Virus record (IMG/VR): IMGVR_UViG_3300046507_000773
Span: 162,811-226,810 of that record
Length of the DNA stretch: 64,000 nucleotides
Direction: 5' to 3' (one strand)
Position 1 is the stretch's first letter, and every line of letters starts with the position of its first letter. Of this stretch, positions 1 to 8,388 are shown in pieces. The translations under genes and the position numbers were made by a program. The notes below the pieces were generated by a model that was not told the DNA's origin, searched no databases, and worked only from the letters and a program-made list of their open reading frames with translations.

Positions 1-1
1 G

Positions 2-574
2 TTCAACGCATGGAACATCCTGACCAACGGCCGCTTCGCCATCAACTGGGAAAAAGCGCAGTACAACGGCCAGATCTGCACCGACGAGAACAACCGCATC
101 CACCTGGGTTACTACCTGGACGCGGAAGGCAACCGTCGCGACCTGCGCGAAATCGACTACCTGGCTGTGCTGAACCGTTTCGGCGGCGGCACCGACCACG
201 ACATCGTCAAGCGCTGGTCCGACTCGTTCATCGACGGTACCGATCCGCTGCTGAAGCGTCTGGAAAACCGCAAGAAGATCATCGACATGATGACGCAGAA
301 CACCGCGGTGTACACGGGCTTCGCTCGTCGCATCTCCTTCGCGCACGTCCTGATGCAAGTCGGCGCCAAGTCGGCCAAGGAAGCCGGCCTGGACTTCCGT
401 ACCATCTCGAGCCACGCTCAGCTGAAGACCAACGAACGCGCCTCCGGCAACTTCGACAACCTGATGATGTCGGGCAGCCAGAGCTCGGGCCTGTTCGGCC
501 GCACCTCGTTCGGTCAAGCGTCGAACAACTTCGGCTCGAACCGTTCGTTCGGCTTCTCGCGCAGCAGCTTCTAA
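2..574 (+). CDS. chmA: Chimallin / phage nuclear shell protein (PhuN, phiKZ gp54-like), 3' part only
   Basis: Frame 2 is open from the window start (FNAWNILTNGRF...NRIHLGYYLDAEGNRRDLREIDYLAVLNRF..., ends GFSRSSF). The RIHLGYY/RDxRxIDYLAxLN motif is recalled from chimallins. Strong high-expression codon bias; lies directly upstream of the nvRNAP beta'-N gene, as in phiKZ. Confidence 0.88.
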   Translation, partial: FNAWNILTNGRFAINWEKAQYNGQICTDENNRIHLGYYLDAEGNRRDLREIDYLAVLNRFGGGTDHDIVKRWSDSFIDGTDPLLKRLENRKKIIDMMTQNTAVYTGFARRISFAHVLMQVGAKSAKEAGLDFRTISSHAQLKTNERASGNFDNLMMSGSQSSGLFGRTSFGQASNNFGSNRSFGFSRSSF

Positions 575-599
575 GCGGCGACGCCACTGACGTGGTAAC

Positions 600-2144
600 A
601 TGAATAAGGGGGGCTTCGGCTCCCCTTATTTTTTTCTGTGTTTTAAGTTCAAGGAGGATATCATCGGTATCTCACTAGAACTTGTCAATTTCAATACTTT
701 GTTTCGGCAAGGGTCTCGTAAAGAGAAGTTGATCATCAACGACTTCGACAATACGAGTACCGAGCAAAGGAAGATCTTCGACAAGATTATCTATACCGAG
801 TACGACAACGCTGACTTGCTGAGCAACCTGCCCACTTGCGAATGCGGTCACTTGTACGGACAGCACCTCGAACATGTAACGTGTACCGTGTGTAACTCCG
901 AAGTTCTTGCGCCGCTCGAGCAAGACCTAGAGCCTGTTGTGTGGATGCGTTCACCCAACGGTGTTGCAGACCTGATTAACCCGAGTGCCTGGGCGATGAT
1001 GTCCAAGCGCTTCGAACGACAAAGCTTTGACTTTGTACGCTTCTTCGCAGATCGCGATTATCGGCCGAATGTAAAAGATCCGGACGCGCTGCCTGAGGTA
1101 CTGAGTTGGGGCATCCCGCGCGGGTACAACAGTTTCGTCGAAAACTTCGACATCCTGATGAACCTGTTCTTTGAATCGAAGCACTTCCGTCTGCGTAAAG
1201 GCGAACGGGACGATTTCCGAATCCTTCTTGAGAGGTATCGGGATTGCTTCTTCTGCGAGTTCTTGCCACTACCTAATCGCTCGGTCCTCGTGATCGAGAA
1301 GACGAACGTGGGCAAGTACGTGGATGATACGATTCCTGGTGTGATCGACGCAATCTACACCATGATCGGCATCGACGCACCGATGTCAGGCCACAGCGTC
1401 CGTGTTAAGGAAAACCGGACGATCAAGACCATCATCCAGCTCAACGACTTCAGCGAACAGACCATTCGGAAGAAGCTGGCAAAGAAACCTGGCGTGTTCC
1501 GCAAACACGTCTACGGTACCCGAACGCACTTTAGCTTCCGTGCGGTCATCTCGTCGAACACCAACGCGCACGACTACGACGAGTTGCACTTGCCTTGGGG
1601 CGTGGCTGTCAACCTGCTGAACTTGCACCTGCGTAATAAGCTGGACAAGATGGGTTACACGCCGAACGAAGCCCTGGCATTCCTGAACGAGTATTCGCTC
1701 AAGTACCATCCGGTGCTGGATGCTCTGTTCCAGGAACTGATCGCCGAAAGCCCGTACGTCGGTCTGCCAGTCGTGTTCCAGCGTAATCCGTCGCTGGAGC
1801 GTGGCTCGATTCAGTTCATGTTCGTGACCAAGGTTAAGCCCGATGCCGGTGTTACTACGGTTTCGCTCTCGATCTTGTCGGTGGTTGGCTTTAACGCTGA
1901 CTTCGACGGCGACCAGCTGAACGGTACGCTGCTACTCGACAACTACACTGCGGAAGAAATGAAAGCTCTTGCCCCACACAAGAGCGTGTTCGACATGAAC
2001 ACTCCGCGTGCACCGTCGCGTAACTCGTCGATGCCGAAACCGGTTGTGGCCACCATCGCCCACTGGTATCATCTCGATGAGGACCACGTCTATGATCCGG
2101 AGAAGGCCCGGTTAATGGACGACATACCGACATTGTCGGATTAA
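600..2144 (+). CDS. Non-virion RNA polymerase beta' N-terminal/catalytic subunit (phiKZ gp55-like); true start probably ATC at 663
   Basis: Zn ribbon CECG...CTVC, RKHVYGTR, FQRNPSL and catalytic FNADFDGD motif; no intron. Confidence 0.93.
   Translation: MNKGGFGSPYFFLCFKFKEDIIGISLELVNFNTLFRQGSRKEKLIINDFDNTSTEQRKIFDKIIYTEYDNADLLSNLPTCECGHLYGQHLEHVTCTVCNSEVLAPLEQDLEPVVWMRSPNGVADLINPSAWAMMSKRFERQSFDFVRFFADRDYRPNVKDPDALPEVLSWGIPRGYNSFVENFDILMNLFFESKHFRLRKGERDDFRILLERYRDCFFCEFLPLPNRSVLVIEKTNVGKYVDDTIPGVIDAIYTMIGIDAPMSGHSVRVKENRTIKTIIQLNDFSEQTIRKKLAKKPGVFRKHVYGTRTHFSFRAVISSNTNAHDYDELHLPWGVAVNLLNLHLRNKLDKMGYTPNEALAFLNEYSLKYHPVLDALFQELIAESPYVGLPVVFQRNPSLERGSIQFMFVTKVKPDAGVTTVSLSILSVVGFNADFDGDQLNGTLLLDNYTAEEMKALAPHKSVFDMNTPRAPSRNSSMPKPVVATIAHWYHLDEDHVYDPEKARLMDDIPTLSD
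603..635 (+). terminator. Intrinsic terminator after chimallin
   Basis: AATAAGGGGGGC-TTCG-GCTCCCCTTATT stem-loop followed by a T tract. Confidence 0.85.
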
Positions 2145-2160
2145 AAGAAAAGGAGTTCGT

Positions 2161-2787
2161 ATGGCACGCTTTTTCGTCGGCAGCGCCGATGAATTTGAAA
2201 GCCAAACATTTGCTCCACCGCACGCTGGTACGGTAGAGTACTTGCGCGGCCAAACGGAGCAAGCAGCACACGGATGGGGTGACAACATCACTCCATTCGC
2301 CCAGATGTTCATGGAGCGCGCTCAGCAGACATTCGACAAGTTCTACAGTTCGGATGCGCTCGCGAAAGCTCGTGCCGCACTTCGTAAGACCGCCAACCTC
2401 TTTAAGCGCGATATCATCGTGCCGATGGAGACCATGGAGGACTTTCAGAACGCTACGCCGCGAAACCAAAGAACCATCATGGCTTTTCCGCGTTTGCGTA
2501 AGCTGTATCAGGAACAGATGTGCGATGGCTTTGAAGGTCAGTACGTTGACCTTTATCCGGGAACCATTGGCGAAAGCCATCCGGATTATCGCCGCATCTA
2601 TACTGGCGAAGTGAAAGAGGACGCCGACGGCGATATCATGGTAACCCACTATATCGGCGACGAAGAAGATCTTGAAACGTATCCGGCTGATGAAATCCAT
2701 ATCGACCGGGCAAACCTCTCGATTCTCGATGTCCTCATGGACGTAAGCAACAAAGATCCGTCCAATTCCTCGGGCGGCTCGCTGTAA
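2161..2787 (+). CDS. Conserved hypothetical protein of the chimallivirus nucleus block (possibly gp59/Imp3-like)
   Basis: Good SD (AAGGAG), 208 aa; identity from synteny only. Confidence 0.55.
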   Translation: MARFFVGSADEFESQTFAPPHAGTVEYLRGQTEQAAHGWGDNITPFAQMFMERAQQTFDKFYSSDALAKARAALRKTANLFKRDIIVPMETMEDFQNATPRNQRTIMAFPRLRKLYQEQMCDGFEGQYVDLYPGTIGESHPDYRRIYTGEVKEDADGDIMVTHYIGDEEDLETYPADEIHIDRANLSILDVLMDVSNKDPSNSSGGSL

Positions 2788-2790
2788 TGA

Positions 2791-2823
2791 AAGGCACTCC
2801 GCCCATTGGCGGGGTGCTTTTTT
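2791..2823 (+). terminator. Intrinsic terminator
   Basis: GCACTCCGCC-CATT-GGCGGGGTGC plus T tract. Confidence 0.8.
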
Positions 2824-2897
2824 ATCCCGGCTTTACTTTCTTTTCTTCTTTGCTTTGATGGTATGTTCAGTAAAATCCTACCAAAGTGAGGAATAGC

Positions 2898-3302
2898 ATG
2901 AGTGCTGTTGTCCCAACATTATCCCCAGTCGGCTGGGCACGAAGCCCGGAAGACAAAGCGTTCTTTTTGTTTTCGCATTTCTACGAGTCAGAGAAAAACC
3001 AAACGCGAGTCTACGGAAACAACGTTTCCAACTTGCAGTGGCTCAACGCCGAATACGGCACGGACATCCCTGAGTTCTGCGCACAATTGCGTAAGACTCT
3101 CACTGACTACCTGGGTCGTCATTTCGATAGCGTCAACGTTGACGTAACTAGCGATATGAACACCAACCCAGGGAGCCAGATCAACATCAAGGTTTCGTCC
3201 TCGGTCTTCGAGAACGGTATCAAGTATTCTTTTGGCCACCTCGTCCAACAGAACGGTAAAGTCGTAAAGCTTCTCACCCTCATTAACGGTAGTTATCAGT
3301 AA
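2898..3302 (+). CDS. Conserved hypothetical protein (weak resemblance to gp25/GpW-like baseplate fold)
   Basis: SD GAGGA before ATG 2898; helix-then-strands pattern LRKTLTDYLGRHFDSVNVDV; fold is a guess. Confidence 0.5.
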   Translation: MSAVVPTLSPVGWARSPEDKAFFLFSHFYESEKNQTRVYGNNVSNLQWLNAEYGTDIPEFCAQLRKTLTDYLGRHFDSVNVDVTSDMNTNPGSQINIKVSSSVFENGIKYSFGHLVQQNGKVVKLLTLINGSYQ

Positions 3303-3313
3303 AAGGAAACACC

Positions 3314-3865
3314 ATGGCAGTTGACATCAAAAAGATCTTCGCCGACATCGAGCGCGCCACCGAAACCGAGACCCGCCGCATCTCGGAAGCTGCGTTCAAG
3401 ACCATCTTTTTGCCGATGTTCCAGAACCAGGACAGCAATCCGCACGGCATGGTCCTGATGAAATGGGCGCAATACGTGGGCAGCATCTTCCACAAGGCCT
3501 ACGTGGTCGACGAAAAGAACAACATCCTGTTCACGGTGCCGCCGGTCGTCAAACGCGACGCCATCGCTGAACTGGGCCGGACCGACGGTGACGGTCGTCC
3601 GCTGCAAAACGTGGCGCACATGATCAATACCTACAACCAGATGACCAACATCGGGCCGATTCCTGCGGAAAATTATCTCAATGAACAATTAACCAGGCGC
3701 CTTTCTATTATGAAAGGCGACCAGAACTATCTGGACGACCTCACGGCCTGGAACGAAATCTTCAAACGCTACGGCGTGGCGCCGATCAAAGAGGTCGACG
3801 GCGTGACCACCAAAACCGACACGAAAGGTATCGCATCGCAACATGACGAAATCGAGCCGCTCTAA
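3314..3865 (+). CDS. Conserved hypothetical protein
   Basis: SD AAGGA, 183 aa, phage-like codon usage. Confidence 0.6.
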   Translation: MAVDIKKIFADIERATETETRRISEAAFKTIFLPMFQNQDSNPHGMVLMKWAQYVGSIFHKAYVVDEKNNILFTVPPVVKRDAIAELGRTDGDGRPLQNVAHMINTYNQMTNIGPIPAENYLNEQLTRRLSIMKGDQNYLDDLTAWNEIFKRYGVAPIKEVDGVTTKTDTKGIASQHDEIEPL

Positions 3866-4970
3866 AGTAAAGGGCGCATCGTTAAGTGATCTACACCTGT
3901 TACATCGACGTACTCCTACGTCACTCCTGATTAAGAATCTGTACACGTCCTTACCCGACAATCAGGAGACTGCCGACTTGGATATCATCTTCTTAGCCGG
4001 AGATGTGTTCGATGATCTGGCAACATTAGCAAACGAGAATCTGTGGGAAGTGAAGATCTGGATTGCGAACCTTCTGAGGATGTGCAAGAAACATGGCATC
4101 ATCTTGCGCGTCTTAGAAGGAACGCCCAGCCATGATTGGAAACAATCCTGGCTCTTCCCACTGATTAACGAGATAGCAGGCATTGGCGCCGACATCAAAC
4201 ACGTGAAAGAACTCTCCATCGAGTACATAGAGCCCATCGGTATATCCGTGCTCTATGTGCCCGATGAGTGGGGTCCTACCGACAAAACCTTAAGCCAAGT
4301 ACAAGAACTGCTGCAAGCCAAAGGGCTTGATAAGGTAGATCTTGCTATCATGCATGGACAGTTCGCACATCAGTTACCATCCCATGTGACGGCTCCCAAG
4401 CACGACGCTTCCGCGTATTTGGAACTGGTTCGCTTCTTTATCTTCATTGGCCATGTGCACACCTACAGCCGCTATGACCGCATCATCGCGCAAGGTAGTC
4501 ACGACCGTAACGGTCATGGGGAAGAGGAAGCTAAGGGACACGTGAGGTTTGAGATTGATCTGGAAAGCGGAGAACACACCGTCCAGTTCGTCGAGAACAA
4601 GGGTGCTCAGCGTTACCTGACTATTCAGTGTAACGGGCTCGACTTAGAAGAAACGCTTAACGAAATCGGACGACAGATCAAGGACCTGCCTGACTTGTCG
4701 TTTGTGCGCATCGAAGCTGATTATACCAACCCCATCCTGGCTAACTTGGATGCCGTGGCTCGCCGCTGGCCCATGCTAACCTGGTCAAAACTGGTACGAA
4801 AGGAAGAGAAGGAAGAAAAAGAAGAGTTAGAGAACGAAGAAGTACATTACACCCCGCTTACCATTACCCGCGAAAACGTTAGCGGGCTTCTCATGGACCG
4901 ACTTGTACGAGCCGGTTTGCAAGGTAGCCAACTTGGTACGGCTGATCGACTCTTAGGAGGGTTGCTATGA
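3843..4970 (+). CDS. sbcD: SbcD/Mre11-like metallophosphoesterase nuclease (phiKZ gp65-like)
   Basis: Calcineurin-like motifs SDLH, AGDVFD, GTPSHD, MHG, GHVH. Confidence 0.85.
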   Translation: MTKSSRSKVKGASLSDLHLLHRRTPTSLLIKNLYTSLPDNQETADLDIIFLAGDVFDDLATLANENLWEVKIWIANLLRMCKKHGIILRVLEGTPSHDWKQSWLFPLINEIAGIGADIKHVKELSIEYIEPIGISVLYVPDEWGPTDKTLSQVQELLQAKGLDKVDLAIMHGQFAHQLPSHVTAPKHDASAYLELVRFFIFIGHVHTYSRYDRIIAQGSHDRNGHGEEEAKGHVRFEIDLESGEHTVQFVENKGAQRYLTIQCNGLDLEETLNEIGRQIKDLPDLSFVRIEADYTNPILANLDAVARRWPMLTWSKLVRKEEKEEKEELENEEVHYTPLTITRENVSGLLMDRLVRAGLQGSQLGTADRLLGGLL

Positions 4971-5830
4971 ATCCGTATTTTGAAGGCATTGCGGCGCGTG
5001 CCGTTGGGGAATACGTTCCCATTTCGGTCGCGACCGCCATTGCAATTGAGAATGCTTGCGGTATCAATCCTGAGACCCGCTTGAAAAAGAACCCCATCGA
5101 AGGTGTTGATCAGTTCCACGTCAACATCCGAACTCTCTTCCGTAACTTCATGGGCGCTTTGGATACGGCAACGCTACGTGGCGTGCCGCCCGTATTCATC
5201 GCACCTGTACTAATAGAAGAGATGGACTATATCGAAAGCATCATTCGAGACTATTCCAATGGGGGCGCTAAGGTCGTCTTTTACTTCAGCAACTATAAGA
5301 ACCTGGAGTGGAAGTATCCGAAGGCTGTGATTCGCCGCGACAACACCGACAAGCAGAAAAGCTATCGGGCGACGATGAACGATACCATGGCTACCCTTTT
5401 CGACACCGTGCCTGAAAGGATTAAAGGCTATGATTTAAAGCTTGGCGATAAAGACACGCACTTGGCTCGAGCATTGATGTTGACGAATTACGCATACGAC
5501 TTGCTGTCGCATCGCGAGTTCCGAGACTTAAAGCTTATCGAATCCCACACGGGAGCGGTGAAAGAGCGAGCGCAGTGGTACACCAAGTACCACAACGGGA
5601 AGGACTTAGCGATGATTCCTTTCCGTGAGGATCTTATTCAAGTGTTTGGGGACTCCGAGACATTCGTGCCAATGGACATTAAGCTCCGTAAGCTCATCAT
5701 TGGGCTGGCCGAAAAGAATCGTTGGGGACCCTTGACGACGATGAGTAAGATCAGTGACAACTTGAAGCAGCTTGAGCAAACCAATGGCTTCGCTGCGGCA
5801 ATTGTCAAGAGCCTTTTAGTTGGACCCTAG
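4967..5830 (+). CDS. Conserved protein (gp66-like), possible 5'-3' nuclease/PIN-like fold
   Basis: ATGA overlap with sbcD; motifs VNIRTLFRN and LIESHTG; function inferred. Confidence 0.55.
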   Translation: MNPYFEGIAARAVGEYVPISVATAIAIENACGINPETRLKKNPIEGVDQFHVNIRTLFRNFMGALDTATLRGVPPVFIAPVLIEEMDYIESIIRDYSNGGAKVVFYFSNYKNLEWKYPKAVIRRDNTDKQKSYRATMNDTMATLFDTVPERIKGYDLKLGDKDTHLARALMLTNYAYDLLSHREFRDLKLIESHTGAVKERAQWYTKYHNGKDLAMIPFREDLIQVFGDSETFVPMDIKLRKLIIGLAEKNRWGPLTTMSKISDNLKQLEQTNGFAAAIVKSLLVGP

Positions 5831-5925
5831 CAGCATCGGCCAGGTTAATTTTTACTGAATCTTGGTAAAATAAACGGGCCGCTTTAATACAATGAGCCTA
5901 GTAATCTTACAACACGAGGACTAAC

Positions 5926-6693
5926 ATGAGTGACAACAATAACGGTGGTGGCAACGGTTTCGGCGCTCCGCCGCGCGTCAAGAACGCATTCGACATCACC
6001 AAGCTGAAGCTTACCGCCAAGGGTGCCGATGGCCAGAGCAAAGCCACGATCCAGCTGACCCTGCACCAGAACATGCCGCGCTTCGTCGTCTGGACCGGCA
6101 ACGCCGCCGAACGCGAAGACCGCAACAAAGGCTACGGCAAGATCATCGCCGCTCTGGACCCGGTCGTCCTCGCCGGTTTCTGGGGCATCCTGGACGAAGT
6201 GATCGACCATCAAGGCAAGACCAAGATGGCTGTGCAGAACAAGGGCCACAAGTTCTTCGGCGGCCAGCGCTCCGAGCGTCCGGAAGTGCTGAACACCCTG
6301 ATCGTCGGCAAAGACGAAGACGGCGTCATCTGGATGATGGTTTCCGAAAAGGGCCGCGACCAGATCCGCTTCGAGTTCCGCTTCCCGGAATACCACGTCA
6401 TGATGAATGGCGACGGCACCCCGGTCGACAGCGCAACCGAATGCCGCATGGTGGCCAAGGGCTACCGTGAACTCATGAGCCGCCTGATGGTGACCATGAT
6501 GGCCGACAACTACGTCGAACCGCCTCCGTTCGAGAAGAAGGGTGGCGGCGGTGGCAACCGTGGTAACTGGAACGGTGGCAACCGCGGCGGCAATGGCGGT
6601 AACGGTGGTGGCAACCGCGGCAACTACGGCGGCGGTAACGGCGGTGGCAATTCCGGCGGTGGCGGTGGCATGGACGACGACATCCCGTTCTAA
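5926..6693 (+). CDS. chmC: ChmC/Imp6-like nucleic-acid-binding nucleus protein (phiKZ gp67-like) with Gly/Asn/Arg tail ending DDDIPF
   Basis: Position immediately before the gp68-like gene; folded core flanked by G/N-rich disordered tails; strong codon bias; SD GAGGA. Confidence 0.72.
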   Translation: MSDNNNGGGNGFGAPPRVKNAFDITKLKLTAKGADGQSKATIQLTLHQNMPRFVVWTGNAAEREDRNKGYGKIIAALDPVVLAGFWGILDEVIDHQGKTKMAVQNKGHKFFGGQRSERPEVLNTLIVGKDEDGVIWMMVSEKGRDQIRFEFRFPEYHVMMNGDGTPVDSATECRMVAKGYRELMSRLMVTMMADNYVEPPPFEKKGGGGGNRGNWNGGNRGGNGGNGGGNRGNYGGGNGGGNSGGGGGMDDDIPF

Positions 6694-6716
6694 GCCTTCA
6701 CCTTCTAAGTAAAGTA

Positions 6717-6754
6717 AGCCCAACTGTCCTTTGCGGGGCGGTTGGGCTTTTTTT
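6717..6754 (+). terminator. Intrinsic terminator
   Basis: AAGCCCAACTGTCC-TTTGCG-GGGCGGTTGGGCTT plus T tract. Confidence 0.85.
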
Positions 6755-6786
6755 GGTAGTACAATTCAAGTACGGGATGAAAAACA

Positions 6787-6803
6787 TTTCAATCACATAT
6801 CAC
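6787..6803 (+). promoter_or_regulatory. Putative early (virion RNAP) promoter
   Basis: TTTCAATCACATATCAC is 15/17 identical to 11659-11675 and resembles the phiKZ early TATATTAC motif; precedes an nvRNAP subunit gene. Confidence 0.6.
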
Positions 6804-6846
6804 GTATTTGAATTGTAAGCCAGATTCATTTATAAGGAGAAGAAGC

Positions 6847-8388
6847 TTGAAGCTTGCAGAGCCGGATGATCTCCTAAGTGAGAAGTCCACCGTGATCCTG
6901 TCGCACGGTAACGAACAAATCAGCTGGAACATTTCCATGCTGGCTCGCACGCGGAATGAAGAGAACCTCGACCGTTTCAAGGAATTAAACGGATACTGGG
7001 CTCGCCTGCCGGAAAAACGTCAGGACGAGATCTTCAAGGTGTACACCGATATCAAGGACGTACTCCATTCCTCGAGCGATCAAAACGCGGTAGCCTTGCG
7101 ACTGCAGCCGCTAGTTGCAAAGCTGTTTAAGCTTAACCCGATGGACGAGATGGCAACGTATCTCGCCATCTACGAGGATCTCAAGATCCCCTCGAATATC
7201 CACGAACACTACGACAGTAGCGGGGATTCGAGAAATAGCGAACAAGGTACTTACGTTACTAAGCAGTACCGTGACCTTGTTACCATGTCGGTAACGCTGC
7301 GCATCATGGTCCCAGTCTGGGGCGACTACATCGCAATTACTGAGCGTCTCGCGGGGACGACGTTCAAGGAATTCATCGCGATGCAGCTGTTGGCGCATGC
7401 GGCTATCTACAATTCGGACACGATGAACCGGCTGCGCGAATACATCCAAGCGCGTCTGCCACCGGAAACTCCGAAAGAAGTTATCTTCCAGGGCATCAGC
7501 TCGGAAGACTTCCCGGATTGGATTCTGGCCCGAATCCTCACACGTCGTCTGGTTGTTGCCGACTTGCGCGGTAACGACGTGAAGAAGTCCTTGATGCCTT
7601 TCCTGCATAGCTTCATCGAAGGCATGGTGAACCCGAAGCGTAACAACTTCACCAGCATGATCAAGGAAAAGACCTTGGAAGCCGGCGGGTCCACGGAAGA
7701 CAGCAACCTCTCCATCTTGGAGGGTTACCGTCCCCGAGCCGAGCTTACCGCAGGCAACATCGCGCACATGGCAACTTACACCCGCAATGCAGAGCGGATG
7801 GCCAAGCGCATCTGTCCCGATCTTCCCGAGGAATTACTGGCATACAGTCTGCGCTCTTCAAAAGCGCTGTTGACGCAGATGATCATGCCAGTCCAACTCT
7901 CGCTTGCATCGTGGATACTTCGTCCGGTTCTTCCGGTACGCGCCTTGCCGTACTTCCGTAAAGTCGACGTGGTTCGCTGCATCGCTGTAGCTCAAGCGCT
8001 GCTGTGGCACCGTGGGCATTACGAACTGGCAGGTCTGGTGAGTGGTGTCGCCCAGCAAAACCAAGGCGTACATCATCAACGCTCAACAGGCTCTCGTGGT
8101 CGCATCCCGACGGAACTGATCGACGAGATCCACCGGCTTTATCCGTACTCGGAAAAGCCAACAGGCAAAATCCGGGAAGGCCAGGATACCCGTGAACTCA
8201 ACATGGTAGTACAATCAATCAAGGAGATCGACGGCCTCTTTACGAAATTCGAGTGGACTCTCACCCTGCCGCCAGAGTGGGTCGAGAAGCTCACCAAAAA
8301 CAAGAACAACCGCAACTATTCCGTACCCCACGAAATGCGGGTCAGGTTAGCAAGCCTGATCGCTGCAATAGCAAAAAGGAGCTTTTAA
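6847..8388 (+). CDS. Non-virion RNAP fifth (promoter-specificity) subunit, phiKZ gp68-like; TTG start
   Basis: About 510 aa; synteny between ChmC and PicA; AAGGAG 7 nt before in-frame TTG 6847. Confidence 0.75.
   Translation: MKLAEPDDLLSEKSTVILSHGNEQISWNISMLARTRNEENLDRFKELNGYWARLPEKRQDEIFKVYTDIKDVLHSSSDQNAVALRLQPLVAKLFKLNPMDEMATYLAIYEDLKIPSNIHEHYDSSGDSRNSEQGTYVTKQYRDLVTMSVTLRIMVPVWGDYIAITERLAGTTFKEFIAMQLLAHAAIYNSDTMNRLREYIQARLPPETPKEVIFQGISSEDFPDWILARILTRRLVVADLRGNDVKKSLMPFLHSFIEGMVNPKRNNFTSMIKEKTLEAGGSTEDSNLSILEGYRPRAELTAGNIAHMATYTRNAERMAKRICPDLPEELLAYSLRSSKALLTQMIMPVQLSLASWILRPVLPVRALPYFRKVDVVRCIAVAQALLWHRGHYELAGLVSGVAQQNQGVHHQRSTGSRGRIPTELIDEIHRLYPYSEKPTGKIREGQDTRELNMVVQSIKEIDGLFTKFEWTLTLPPEWVEKLTKNKNNRNYSVPHEMRVRLASLIAAIAKRSF

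Noticed and set aside
2-574. Major capsid protein as identity of the first ORF
   Set aside because: Motifs and position before the nvRNAP beta'-N gene fit chimallin
10-603. 197-aa frame-1 ORF
   Set aside because: Out-of-frame shadow of chimallin; Arg/Pro-rich composition
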